Assembly: GCA_965214775.1 (NCBI GenBank)
Contig: OZ243974.1
Coordinates: 1 to 64,000, forward strand
DNA length: 64,000 nt
Source: Nitrosopumilus sp.
Lineage (GTDB): Archaea; Thermoproteota; Nitrososphaeria; Nitrososphaerales; Nitrosopumilaceae
Direction of reading: 5' to 3'
Shown here: piece by piece, positions 1 through 10,041 of the stretch
How the letters are laid out: the number at the start of each line of letters is the position of its first letter
Position numbering within the stretch: position 1 is the stretch's first letter
Made by a program: the position numbers and the translations under genes
Notes under the pieces: model-generated
The model's database searches: none
What the model saw: the letters and a program-made list of their open reading frames with translations, nothing else
What the model was told of the DNA's origin: nothing

Positions 1-55
1 TGGATGCAGGCGCACCAAACCGTTCGATCGCCAGCCTGAGTGTCATTACGGCGTT
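1..55 (-). pseudogene. Continuation of interrupted IS481-family transposase (element A)
   Basis: Reverse complement closely matches ~29927-29981 of the IS481 at 29330-30388. It joins 2401-2867 across the 15-bp TSD tgtcattacggcgtt. Confidence 0.85.
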
Positions 56-136
56 TCTATTGTACGAAAATTAGGTCGCACTAATTTGAGGAGGATTGCA
101 AAGGATTACTTTAGGCTTTACCGATCAAGAAAACCG

Positions 137-1186
137 ATGGTTGTAAGGCTCGAGGCAAAGCAGATCAGATACGCAGTGACGCAATGTGCAGGGGGACGAA
201 AGCCCTCGGAGGTGGCCCCGGAGATAGGCGTCACGACAAGGCACGTCCAGCGGATGTATGCCCGGTTCAGGAAGACAGGCGACACGCACCACGTGCCGCT
301 CAAGCCGGGAAGGAAAAAGAGCGCCCCGGTTCCCGACGGGGACGTGCGCGCAGTCCTGGAGGAGTACAAACACAGTGCAGCAGGGGTGGTTCATACGGCC
401 AAGAGGCTGCGAAGGCAACTCGATATAAGCTACTACGAGGTATACAGGATAATGAAAGAAAACGGGCTGGTGACGCCATCGGCTGCAAAATCAATGCCCA
501 GAAAATACGTCCGTTTTGAGCGCAAATACTCCAATGCCATGTGGCACGTGGACTGGCATACCATGAAGGATCCGCGCTTTGCAGGGCTCAATTTGGTCAC
601 GTTCCTAGACGACTCGTCCAGGTGCGTGACTGGTGCGGGCCTGTTCAGGGAGGCCACCTCAGAAAACGTCGTGGCGGTCCTGCGGCAGGCCGTGGCCCAG
701 TTCGGCGCGCCTGCCACCATACTCTCAGACAACGGCAAGTGCTTTGTCGGGGCGCGCTCGGATCCGAAGAAGAAGAAGAGTCCGCCCAAGGGCGGATGGA
801 GGCCCACTGCCTTTGAGGAGGAGCTGCTCAACTGCGAAATCGGGCTGATAAACTCCAGGCCGTATCACCCGCAGACCAATGGCAAACTGGAGAGATTCCA
901 CAGGAGCATCGAGGAGGAGATATGGAACCACAAGAGTCTGTCTGCATACATCGACTACTATAACGAGGACAGGCTGCACTGGTCGCTTGACATCGACAAC
1001 TACGAGACGCCGCTGCGGGCATTCTCCGACAGGGAGGCCACAGAAGCGATCAGGAAAAGCAACCCAAGATGGATGGAGGAGGACATTGGTGATGGTGCGA
1101 CATGGCGTTGTCCGGAATTTTTCCAGAAATCTACCGATAAGCTTATAGATCATAAGCGCAGGATGCGACAACCTTATGGATCATAG
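137..1186 (+). CDS. IS481-family transposase (HTH + rve DDE core); C-terminus extended by read-through into the IS5
   Basis: WHVDWH, LDDSSR, LSDNG and PQTNGKLERF motifs. The native stop TAA (2383-2385) was displaced by the insertion at 1104. ATG 137 preferred over TTG 86. Confidence 0.9.
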   Translation: MVVRLEAKQIRYAVTQCAGGRKPSEVAPEIGVTTRHVQRMYARFRKTGDTHHVPLKPGRKKSAPVPDGDVRAVLEEYKHSAAGVVHTAKRLRRQLDISYYEVYRIMKENGLVTPSAAKSMPRKYVRFERKYSNAMWHVDWHTMKDPRFAGLNLVTFLDDSSRCVTGAGLFREATSENVVAVLRQAVAQFGAPATILSDNGKCFVGARSDPKKKKSPPKGGWRPTAFEEELLNCEIGLINSRPYHPQTNGKLERFHRSIEEEIWNHKSLSAYIDYYNEDRLHWSLDIDNYETPLRAFSDREATEAIRKSNPRWMEEDIGDGATWRCPEFFQKSTDKLIDHKRRMRQPYGS

Positions 1187-2183
1187 GATCGACGTCCCCG
1201 TATCAATGAAATCAAAGACCAACAAGAAGGAATCCAAGAAGGAATCCAAGAAGGAATCCAAGAAGGAATCCAGCAAGACCAGCAAGAAAAAAAAGTCAGA
1301 GTACACGAGACCTCCGGAATACTATGCCGAGTACGAGAAAAAAAGGAGAGAGGACAGCAAGAGGTGCGGCATCGGAATCAAAAAGATCCGCAAGATCCTC
1401 CTGTCCCTCCTCCATAACACAGAGCAAGAGGATGAAATTCCCTATCTTCTGTGCGTACTCGACATGGAGTACCGCGGAAACTCGTATCGCAGACACGTCG
1501 AATACATGGAGTCGAATCCTGGTTCAACTAACATGTACGGGCTCAAAAAGGTTCCGGCCAAGTCGACACTGCATGATGCAGCCGTAAGGATAGCTGCCTG
1601 GGACAAGTCGGTGCTAAGATCGGTACTCTCAGAACAGGCAGGCGCAGACGCCAGGGGAACGTTGCTTGGCGACTCTAGCGGTTTCTCCATAATGAGATAC
1701 CACACATGGGAGGACGCAAAGAAGGGCGTCATATCCAGGCAGATGTTTGCCAAGCTGCACATACTGTTGGCCCCGCACGGCAAGATTGCCGCCTGCGAGG
1801 TGACGCCGGGCGAATTCCATGATTCCCCGGTGTTCCGTAACGAGCTGCTACCGCAGGTTCCCAACGGCACAGGACACGTGATCCTGGATGCCGCATACGA
1901 CTCGTATGAGAACTGCAGGGTCATAGCCGACGGAGGCAGAACCCCAGTGATATGTCCGCGTACAGGATATACGGTTCACGGGTTCAACGCCCGCTCCAAG
2001 ATGCTAAGATGGCACAAAAAGGATCCCGAGGGATTCGAGAAGACGTACCACCAGCGCAGCCTCGTTGAGTCGGCCTTCTCGTCGATAAAGGCAAGGTTTG
2101 ACTCCACGGTGCGCGCCATGTCGCTTCCGATGCAGTCGCTCAGGCTTACCCTCAAGGTATTCTGCTACAATCTGGTCAGCTAG
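1176..2183 (+). CDS. IS5-family DDE transposase (apparently intact)
   Basis: GDSSG, LDAAYDS and YHQRSLVESAFSSIK (YREK-like) motifs. Confidence 0.88.
   Translation: MDHRIDVPVSMKSKTNKKESKKESKKESKKESSKTSKKKKSEYTRPPEYYAEYEKKRREDSKRCGIGIKKIRKILLSLLHNTEQEDEIPYLLCVLDMEYRGNSYRRHVEYMESNPGSTNMYGLKKVPAKSTLHDAAVRIAAWDKSVLRSVLSEQAGADARGTLLGDSSGFSIMRYHTWEDAKKGVISRQMFAKLHILLAPHGKIAACEVTPGEFHDSPVFRNELLPQVPNGTGHVILDAAYDSYENCRVIADGGRTPVICPRTGYTVHGFNARSKMLRWHKKDPEGFEKTYHQRSLVESAFSSIKARFDSTVRAMSLPMQSLRLTLKVFCYNLVS
1223..1270. repeat. 12-bp tandem repeat x4 (encodes KKES) in the transposase N-terminus
   Basis: caagaaggaatc repeated four times. Confidence 0.9.
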
Positions 2184-2400
2184 GATCCATAATGCCGGTA
2201 CGGTGGAATCGTCCGGCTAGCGGATGCTATGCAGTATGACGTCAAAACACGGGCCATAACTGCACAATGCGGGCCGGAGTGCGGATTCGTCTCTATGTTT
2301 GCAGTCATTGCGCCATGATTTTGTACAAATCTCCCCGGAAATCACGTCCTAAAATCACGATTCCGGACAACGCCGTGCGACATAATTTTCATATAATACA

Positions 2401-2867
2401 TGTCATTACGGCGTTCTCAGAGGTGGCATGCTCAAATAGTGCGGCCCCCGTAATGCACCTTGAGGCATCGTCAAGATACGTGACTAGGTTGAGTCCCTTT
2501 AGGCGCGGATCCTTCATTTCATGCCAGTCTGCGTGCCACATCGCGTTGGAGTATTTGCGCTCAAAGCGGACGTATCCCCTCTTTTTTGATTTTGCCGCAG
2601 ACGGAATCACCAGGCCGTTCTTCTTCATTATGCGGTATACTGCACGGTAGCTTGTATTGTGATTGTGCCTCAGCCTGCCTGCGGTGCGCAGTACGCCTGT
2701 CGGTTCGCCCTCGTGCGTCCCGGTCACCAGACGTATCTGGGCTGCCGTGACCGGGACATGCGGCCTGCCCATTTTCACGCGCGTCGTACCTGTTGCCTGG
2801 AACCGGGCCCACAGCCTCCTTACGTGCCTTGCCGTGATGTTCAGATCCTTTGCTATCTTGGAGGACG
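2401..2867 (-). pseudogene. IS481-family transposase fragment (element A), 5' end deleted
   Basis: Near-identical to ~29476-29942. Homology stops at ggaggacg, where IS630 sequence begins. Confidence 0.88.
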
Positions 2868-3710
2868 GCATAGACGGCCTCCGGGATCTTTCCCGCTCCG
2901 GACGCAGGCCAGAGGCGGGCAGAGAAAGGGCTACCGGCACAACGGACCTGTCCATTGCACGCAACAGTACCGACGTCATGACGGTGCGCGATGACACAAG
3001 GGATGCCACTGGGACAGAATACGGCACGGGGCATGTCCGGAAAATGATGCGCCGGCACGGCCTGTCGCGCCGCAAGGTGCAAAACGTGCATGCCAGCCAT
3101 GCCACCCCAAGCTCGGTATTCATGGCAGCGATACCTTGAAGACGTGCGGATTCCGTGCCCGAAAAACGACGGTTTTACGCAGGTATCCTCTGATGAGGCG
3201 TTCTTTGTGCAGGGCTCATACGACAGGTACGTATGGGGTCCAACAGGCACCAGAAGCGTGGCATCGTACTCTGGGGATCACAAAGGTAGCCGTGTTTGGA
3301 AGCATCGCAAAAGACGGCAAAAGGCTGTTTAGGACGTTTACGGGATCCTTTACGTCGATGCAGTTTATAGAATGTCTGGAGGCGCTGCGTGCCAAGTTTG
3401 GCAGGGTTGCCGTCTTTTGCTACAGGTGGAGCGTGCACAGGGCTGCTGATGTCGCAGAATATCTGGCGGGTCACCCCGACGTCAGACTGATAATGATCCC
3501 GCGGGGATCGCCGTACCTCAATGTTGCAGAAGAATGCTGGAACTTGGGCAAGCATTTTGTTTTCAGGGGGATAGTGTACAGAAGGATCAGCTAGCTGCGG
3601 CACACCATATCCGAGTACTATAGAATGGTGTCATTTGCCCACCTTTGCATGTACAAGTACATCTACAGATCGCCGGTCAAAGCCCTCAATTACTTGTGAC
3701 CTTTGCCATA
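2862..3710 (+). pseudogene. IS630-family transposase remnant (frameshifts, stop, 5' truncated)
   Basis: GLRDLSRSGR, SSDEAFF and IPRGSPYLNVAEECW motifs spread over three frames. Confidence 0.8.
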
Positions 3711-4258
3711 CAAAAGGCATTAGACGGTTAGTTTTGTCAACAGCACCCGCCTAACTTCACCCTGTTGAAAATTCAGAATTTATTGAAAACATGTTTCAGA
3801 TTTACAGCGTAAAGAGTTGGCTTCCGGTAAGAAAATAGGTCTTTGTGAAAGTGCAGATACACATGGGCCAAAGAAATACAAGCCAAATCCAATCTTTGCA
3901 GACAGTAAAAACAAGCCAATCAGGTGACGGGGGGTCGGATTTATCTTTCAGGCTTGCAAGGAGACCATTTGACAAAATCAGATTGCAGGACAAAGATTTG
4001 GAGCCAGCTCGTTGCAAATACTTCTAAAACCAACTTCAGTAGCTTGTGATACAATTCCAGCATATCGCAGATAAAGCAACGAGATACAAAACGCAAGACA
4101 GGGCAAACAAACACAAAACGCAAGACATGCGCAGGCAACACTCCATGGCATCAGGCACAATCAATATATCTTCCAGACCAGATGTCATATCAAATGAGAT
4201 CAATGCCGCATCGTGAAATTTTAGAACCGATCAGTTTTCCCAGAGGTCCCGTGATTCC

Positions 4259-4558
4259 ATGAAAGATTATGAACATGTCGTAATCTGGCTGGATTACTTT
4301 AACAAGAATTTGAAAAAATCCAAAGGCAGAAAGTTGGGTCTAGAAAGATGTGTTTTTGATCCGTCGCTAAAAGAGTTGATGGATGCAGCAAAGGCAGCAG
4401 GGCTTGAGATAACAGAGCACAACGAAAAGGCAAGATTTCCAAAAAGACCGTTTGTAAGATCCGGATACGTTGTTTTGCCAAAAGAGTCCCCCAAGACGGC
4501 AATTCTTTACAGAATTTCAGAGAAACTTGTTGCAAAAAGGTCCAAACAGCCAAAATAG
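4259..4558 (+). CDS. srp19: Signal recognition particle 19 kDa protein
   Basis: VIWLDYF..SKGRK..P...EL, K..FP.R pattern; 99 aa. Confidence 0.92.
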   Translation: MKDYEHVVIWLDYFNKNLKKSKGRKLGLERCVFDPSLKELMDAAKAAGLEITEHNEKARFPKRPFVRSGYVVLPKESPKTAILYRISEKLVAKRSKQPK

Positions 4559-4632
4559 AGCCAAATCTAGCTCTTAGCTAAAGTAAATTTGACAGAAGTC
4601 TATGATAAGAATGCCGTAATTATTATTTTTAA

Positions 4633-4902
4633 TTGCAGGAGGTAGGCGAAATAATGCACCTAGCCGGTAGTGGCAGGGTAATCGTTCAGTTGTCCAACAT
4701 ATTGGCAGAAGGACAGATACTCTGCGACAAGAAGGGAACTAGAGTCGCAAAAGTAATGGAACTGATCGGTCCGGTAAAAAGACCGTTTGCATCAGCTGCT
4801 CCATTGACAAACAACATCAAAAAGTACATTGGCAAAAGTGTTTTCGCAACTGAACATTCTCCTGACAATTCAAAGAAAAAAAATAGGAGAAGAAAAAAAT
4901 GA
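4633..4902 (+). CDS. gar1: H/ACA RNP subunit Gar1/Naf1
   Basis: VAKVMELIGPVKRPF motif; srp19-gar1-tfb context. Confidence 0.85.
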   Translation: MQEVGEIMHLAGSGRVIVQLSNILAEGQILCDKKGTRVAKVMELIGPVKRPFASAAPLTNNIKKYIGKSVFATEHSPDNSKKKNRRRKK

Positions 4903-5855
4903 ACATACTAGAAACACAAATCTGTCCTGAATGTCAGGCAACACTAGTAGACGACATTCAGAATGGTGAGATAATCTGCTCTGGTTGCGGCGTTGTTGTC
5001 GCAGATCAGATGGCAGACTACGGCCCAGAAACAATCAGTTCGAATCTTGAAGACAAGATGAAGCTAGCAAGAGCTACCGGACAAACGACTTATTCCCAGC
5101 ATGACCTGGGAATTGCAACTGAGATCTCCATAAGTGCAAAGGACTTTAGTGGAAAGGCAATCAATCACGAAGTCGCAAACCAGATGCACAGTCTCAGAAA
5201 ATGGCAGCAAAGAGTACGAGTTTCCACGCCGAGAGAAAGACGACTTGCAAATGTTTTATCCAAGATGGGCGAGACATGTAACAGTCTAGGACTCTCAAGA
5301 AACGTTTTGGAAACTGCCTCTATGATATACAGAAACTTGGACGGACATGTCGAAGTGAAGGGTAAATCAGTAGTCAGCATCACGGCAGCTACGATTTACA
5401 TGGCATGCAAACAATGTGACGTGGTAAGATCACTAGAAGAGATCTGCCAGGGAATTTGTCCGCCAAAGGATGTCAAGTCAAAAACAAAGCTTGCAGCTAG
5501 ATACTACAGAACCATGGTAATGGAAATGGGACAGCTGACTGCCCCGGTCGTTACCATGGACAAGTACATCTCAAAGATTGCAAACATGACTCATACTGAG
5601 GTCAGGGTAGAAAGACTGGCCCTAGAAATAGCTGAAAAGACCAAAGACAGCAGCATTGCAGATGGCAAATCCCCAAACGGAATTGCCGCAGCGTACCTCT
5701 ATGTGGCATCAGTCCTGCTAGGACAAAGTGTACTGCAAAGGGACGTATCCAGCATTGCAGGAGTCACCGAAGTCACCATCAGAAACAGATGCAAGGAGAT
5801 TCTAACCAGTTACAGACTCAAAGTTACTTTGAGACCGTCCCTGGGCAAAAACTAG
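4899..5855 (+). CDS. tfb: Transcription initiation factor IIB
   Basis: CPEC..CSGC Zn ribbon, two cyclin repeats, GKSPNGIAAA and GVTEVTIRNR. Confidence 0.96.
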   Translation: MNILETQICPECQATLVDDIQNGEIICSGCGVVVADQMADYGPETISSNLEDKMKLARATGQTTYSQHDLGIATEISISAKDFSGKAINHEVANQMHSLRKWQQRVRVSTPRERRLANVLSKMGETCNSLGLSRNVLETASMIYRNLDGHVEVKGKSVVSITAATIYMACKQCDVVRSLEEICQGICPPKDVKSKTKLAARYYRTMVMEMGQLTAPVVTMDKYISKIANMTHTEVRVERLALEIAEKTKDSSIADGKSPNGIAAAYLYVASVLLGQSVLQRDVSSIAGVTEVTIRNRCKEILTSYRLKVTLRPSLGKN

Positions 5856-5909
5856 ATCAAATCACCACCACCCTTTTCTTTCTTTATTTTCATCGCAATA
5901 CAATCCACG

Positions 5910-5942
5910 TTAGGATCAGCTAAATTTCGTCGGTATTATATA
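5910..5942 (+). promoter_or_regulatory. Pseudo-palindromic box TTAG-N6-CTAA plus TATA box upstream of sufC
   Basis: ttaggatcagctaaattt at 5910-5927 and a TATA-like tattatata ~25 bp before the ATG. The same box occurs twice upstream of sufB. Confidence 0.55.
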
Positions 5943-5964
5943 CAGAAACAGGACAAAACGCATC

Positions 5965-6735
5965 ATGGCAGTTTTGGAAATCAAGGATCTCCACGTGACA
6001 AGGGACGGCAAGGAAATTCTCAAAGGGGTCAACCTAAAGACGGGGCCAGGCGAGGTTCACGCCATCATGGGGCCAAACGGTTCAGGAAAGAGTACGCTTG
6101 CATACACATTGCTTGCCCATCCAAAATACGAGATAACCAAGGGGGATATTCTGCTAGACGGTCAAAGCATTTTGGAACTGACTGCAGATGAAAGAGCCAA
6201 AAAGGGGCTGTTCCTTGGCTTCCAATATCCGACAGAGGTGTCAGGTGTCGGCTTTTCACACTTTCTAAGGACGGCATACAACTCTCTTAGCAAGGCACTT
6301 GAAGGCGACGACAGGGAGGTCTTCATCACAGTCAGAGAATTCCAAAAATACCTGAAAGAGAATCTAGAGAAGGTGGGACTAAAAGAGGAGTTCCTTTCAA
6401 GATATCTTAACGAGGGGTTTTCGGGCGGAGAGAAGAAACGTGCAGAGGTTCTCCAAATGGCAGTTCTCAAACCAAAGATTTCAATTTTGGACGAGCCGGA
6501 TTCCGGATTAGACATTGATGCAGTTCAGGCAGTCGCAAAGGCCATCAGCCAGGTGACCGGGAAAGAGGCAACTGTAATCGTAATTACCCACTATGCAAGA
6601 ATCCTCAAGTTCTTAGACAAGCTAGATTTCGTTCACGTGTTTGCACAGGGACAGGTTCTCAAAACAGGGGATGCAAGTCTTGCAGACAAGTTAGAGCAGG
6701 AAGGATATGACTGGGTTTTAGAACAGGCCGCATAA
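5965..6735 (+). CDS. sufC: Fe-S cluster assembly ABC ATPase SufC
   Basis: GPNGSGKS, LNEGFSGGEKKR, LDEPDSGLDID, ITHY. Confidence 0.97.
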   Translation: MAVLEIKDLHVTRDGKEILKGVNLKTGPGEVHAIMGPNGSGKSTLAYTLLAHPKYEITKGDILLDGQSILELTADERAKKGLFLGFQYPTEVSGVGFSHFLRTAYNSLSKALEGDDREVFITVREFQKYLKENLEKVGLKEEFLSRYLNEGFSGGEKKRAEVLQMAVLKPKISILDEPDSGLDIDAVQAVAKAISQVTGKEATVIVITHYARILKFLDKLDFVHVFAQGQVLKTGDASLADKLEQEGYDWVLEQAA

Positions 6736-6828
6736 CCAAGGTTTGATTTCAAGAGTGTGTATCAGAAATTTCAGTGCAGATGAAGATCCTGTTTTTTGTT
6801 TAAATAGGGTTGCAAGGCTGGAAAAAAT

Positions 6829-7509
6829 ATGTCAAAGACAGAAGAGGAGCAGTATTACTTTGATTTTTCATTTTTCAAAATTGATCCCAAGTGGAGATGG
6901 ATGGCAGATTTGGCCAAAGAGGAATCAGCAAAGGAAGTTGAAATTGTTTTAAACAATACGGGCATAAAATACAGATCATATTCTAATTTAGGGTTAAGGG
7001 ATGACTCTGATTTTTTGTTATGGTTTGCGGCAAGATCAGTCGGAGAGATTCAGTCGGCAATGGAAAAACTGTACAAGACAGTTTTTGGAAAATACATCAT
7101 TCCATCAATGACATATCTTTCCTGTACGAGACCATCACTCTATGTTCAAGGGGGCAAGAAAGAGCACGGATTCATCACGGGGGCCGAACCAAAAAGACAT
7201 GTCATAGTTTATCCGTTTACAAAAACAAGAGAGTGGTATCTGCTTCCTCAAGAGAAAAGACAGGAGATCATGGATGAGCACATCCAAGTCAGTAAAAAAT
7301 ATCCACAAATCGTCATAAATACGACATACTCTTTTGGAATCCATGACGAAGATTTCATGCTGGCCTTTGAGGCAGACAACATCAGGGATTTTCAGAATTT
7401 GGTCATGGATCTTCGAGAAACAAGAGTTTCACCTTATGTTAAAAATGACATGCCGATGATAGTGTGTGTCAAAAAGGATGTCGTTCCCCTGATTTCCAGC
7501 CTGGGCTAG
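6829..7509 (+). CDS. Chlorite dismutase/coproheme decarboxylase (ChdC/HemQ-like) family heme protein
   Basis: YPFTKTREWYLLPQEKRQEIMDEH and TTYSFGIHDEDF motifs; near heme genes. Confidence 0.88.
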   Translation: MSKTEEEQYYFDFSFFKIDPKWRWMADLAKEESAKEVEIVLNNTGIKYRSYSNLGLRDDSDFLLWFAARSVGEIQSAMEKLYKTVFGKYIIPSMTYLSCTRPSLYVQGGKKEHGFITGAEPKRHVIVYPFTKTREWYLLPQEKRQEIMDEHIQVSKKYPQIVINTTYSFGIHDEDFMLAFEADNIRDFQNLVMDLRETRVSPYVKNDMPMIVCVKKDVVPLISSLG

Positions 7510-7535
7510 AGGATCCGGTCATGTGTGCGCAAATC

Positions 7536-7656
7536 CAGTCTTCCCAGAAGTAATCCGGAAAACGGCTCCAGATTTGAAGCAGACCAAGTTATGACGCCTG
7601 CAGATTCACTTACCACCATCTGGACAGTCATAAATTGCGTACTTCTGGGAAGACTG
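7536..7656. mobile_element. MITE family M4 (~121 bp, TIR CAGTCTTCCCAGAAGTA)
   Basis: Perfect TIR; 5-bp flanks aaatc/gaatc; related copies at 14514 and 46385. Confidence 0.85.
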
Positions 7657-7703
7657 GAATCTCGGATAAACATAAATGATCAAATCAAAAAAATGAGCTT
7701 GAG

Positions 7704-8702
7704 ATGAACTACAACAGACTAGGAAGGTCAGACATCAAAGTATCAGAATTGGGGTTTGGCGCATGGTCAATTGCCCTTGATTGGTGGGGCAAAAGAATCG
7801 AAGAGGACGAGGCAGAAAGAATGCTCAAAAAGGCATACGATGTCGGGATAAACCTGTTTGAAACAGGAGACATGTATGGAAAAGGCAAAAGCGAGAAGAT
7901 AATTGGCGAGGTATTCAAAGACATGCGGGATGAAATCGTAATTTCAACAAAATACGGCTATGATTTTGAGAATGCTGAGCAAATAGGACACAGCGAATTG
8001 CCCCAACGGTTTGACGAGGATTTCACAAGAAAGGCATTAAGGAACAGCCTGGAGAGATTGCAGACGGATCATGTAGATGTGTATGGGTTGCATAATCCGA
8101 AATTAAATCACATTAGAGACGATTCTATTTTCAACGTGTTGGACAGCTTCATCAAGGAAGGTTCAATCAAGACATATCAAGTTGCGCTGGGTCCTGCAAT
8201 CGGTTGGACGCAGGAGGGATTAGAGGCGATGGACAGGCCAAACGTCAGTGCGGTTCAGACAGTTTACAACATCTTGGAGCAAACTCCTGGAAACGAGTTA
8301 ATGGGAAAGGCCGAAGAAAAAGACGTCGGAATTCTAGTCAGGGTTCCAGAAGCATCAGGCATACTGACAGGCAAGGTCACAGCTGATACAAAAATTGATG
8401 AAAAAGATCACAGATCAGTCAGAAAAGGAGAATGGATCAAGGCATCGTTGCAAAAAGTAGAGCAGCTAAGGCCAATTGCAGAAAGAAACGCACTGGGCAT
8501 CACGGAGCTTGCAATGAAATTCATCATGACAAAGAAAGGGTTTGCGTCAGTTTTTCCAACTGTCGTTAGCGAAGATGAAATTCTCAGATATGCAGAAATG
8601 ACAAATGGGCAGTATATTCCAGAATCAGACATGAAGGAAATTGACGAGCTGTACAGTACTTGGCCATCATACGAACTAAAGGCAACGTCACAGGCAAATT
8701 AG
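7704..8702 (+). CDS. Aldo/keto reductase
   Basis: LGRSDIKVSELGFG, SLERLQTDHVDVYGLHNP, QTVYNILEQ. Confidence 0.94.
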   Translation: MNYNRLGRSDIKVSELGFGAWSIALDWWGKRIEEDEAERMLKKAYDVGINLFETGDMYGKGKSEKIIGEVFKDMRDEIVISTKYGYDFENAEQIGHSELPQRFDEDFTRKALRNSLERLQTDHVDVYGLHNPKLNHIRDDSIFNVLDSFIKEGSIKTYQVALGPAIGWTQEGLEAMDRPNVSAVQTVYNILEQTPGNELMGKAEEKDVGILVRVPEASGILTGKVTADTKIDEKDHRSVRKGEWIKASLQKVEQLRPIAERNALGITELAMKFIMTKKGFASVFPTVVSEDEILRYAEMTNGQYIPESDMKEIDELYSTWPSYELKATSQAN

Positions 8703-8810
8703 TTGTACAACATCTAGTTTGTTGCATAACCCTTCCTAAAATTTGAAATCTGACCGAAAATCACCAAAATGATCAACTAATCCTTGCCGAAAAAGTGATG
8801 GATCATAAGG

Positions 8811-9975
8811 ATGCCTCGTATGGTATACATTGACACAAACAGACAATGCAAAGTACGTAAAGAGGGGGGCAGGCCTGGTCGTCAAGTACAATCCGGAATG
8901 GAAGAAGGATCTCAAGGATGCCAACCGTCACAAGGAGGGCGCCCCGTTCCTGTATGCATACGGCATGATAATGGCCGCAGCCGCCCTCAGGACCGCATTC
9001 ATGATAAAATACAGGCAGATGTCATGCATGTTCGAGGAGATGCTAAAGTGTGCGGATTCGCCGTGTTATAGCAACGAGCAGAAATAATTGAGGTTTTTTA
9101 CGTGTAGTTATGACCTACTTTGACTCAAAGACTTCTGCCCGTTGCTATATACCACGATATTCAGGAGAATACAAAAGCTTGACGTCGACATTGCAGAGCA
9201 CGTAATCACGGTGCGCGACAAGTCACGCAACCTGGTCATGATAGCCGATGCCACGGGCCTCAAGTAGCACAACCGGGGCGAGTGGATATGTAAGAAATGG
9301 AAGGTAAGGCGCGGATTTGTCAAGATGTACCTGATGGTCGATGCAGACACCAAGCAGGTGCTGGCAGTATCTGTCACAAGTGATGCAGTCGGCGACAGCA
9401 CGGAACTGCCTACACTGCTTGAGGAGGCGACCAAGAACATCAAGGAAGAGGAGCAGCATCAGCAGCAGCAGGAACGCATCGACGGCGCAGATGCAGTCAA
9501 GATTCCCAACATGCTTGCAGACGGGATCTCACCGATGACCCTGCTTGACACCGGCGCGAATCCTGATACGCCGGGAAAGATCCTGCTTGCAGACGGCGCA
9601 TACGGCTCAAGGAAGAACGTAGCCGAGTGCCACAAGCGCGGTATAAAACCACTCATACGGCTTTTGACAAGCTGCACTGCAAAGGGCAAGGGCACCGGCG
9701 ACAAGTGGGGCATGCTTGTGCGATGGCAGATCGGGGGCGGTCCCGAGGTGCCTGTGGGTGATCTCTCAAAGGAGGAAAGACAGGAGAACCTGCGGTACTG
9801 GAAGAGCACGGTCGGCTTTGGTAGTAGATGGATAGTCGAGATCGTAATATCATCCATAAAGCGCATGTTCGGCGAGGGCGTAATGGCCCTCAAGTGGTCC
9901 AATGTGGTGCAGGAGGTAAAGCTGAGGATATGGCTGTACAACAAGTGGATCGCAGAGGCGGTGGCTGCCGTGTAG
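8811..9975 (+). pseudogene. IS5/IS903-like transposase pseudogene
   Basis: ADATGLK* (in-frame TAG ~9266), LADGAYG and RWIVEIVISSIKR; interrupted by a MITE at 9069; apparent 5' frameshift. Confidence 0.85.
9069..9147. mobile_element. MITE family M5 (79 bp, TA target)
   Basis: TIR tagcaacgagcagaa / ttctgcccgttgcta with TA duplicated. Removal restores the DSPCYTTIFRR frame. Near-identical copy at 23766. Confidence 0.9.
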
Positions 9976-10041
9976 GAACCTAGTGCCGGTAGTGATCCGG
10001 GCGGACTGACTTGGCTCTAGTCGGAGTTATGCAACAAACTA

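Larger units (their letters stand above)
1104..2374 (+). mobile_element. IS5-family element
   Basis: Perfect 15-bp TIR ggcgttgtccggaat; 9-bp TSD gtgcgacat at 1095-1103 and 2375-2383. Confidence 0.9.
56..2400 (+). mobile_element. IS481-family element B, inserted in element A and itself hit by an IS5
   Basis: 26-bp imperfect TIRs tctattgtacgaaaattaggtcgcac / rc tgtattatatgaaaattatgtcgcac; 15-bp TSD at 41-55 and 2401-2415. Confidence 0.9.
8715..10041 (+). mobile_element. IS5-family (IS903-like) element, inactivated
   Basis: TIR tagtttgttgcataac at both ends (inverted match extends to 8705/10051 with one mismatch). Confidence 0.85.

Noticed and set aside
2389-3250. Novel 244-aa and 229-aa proteins
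   Set aside because: Chimeric frames across the IS481/IS630 junction.
3711-4258. Gene or ncRNA upstream of srp19
   Set aside because: Only short ORFs without motifs and one 15-bp duplication (acaaaacgcaagaca); nothing supportable.
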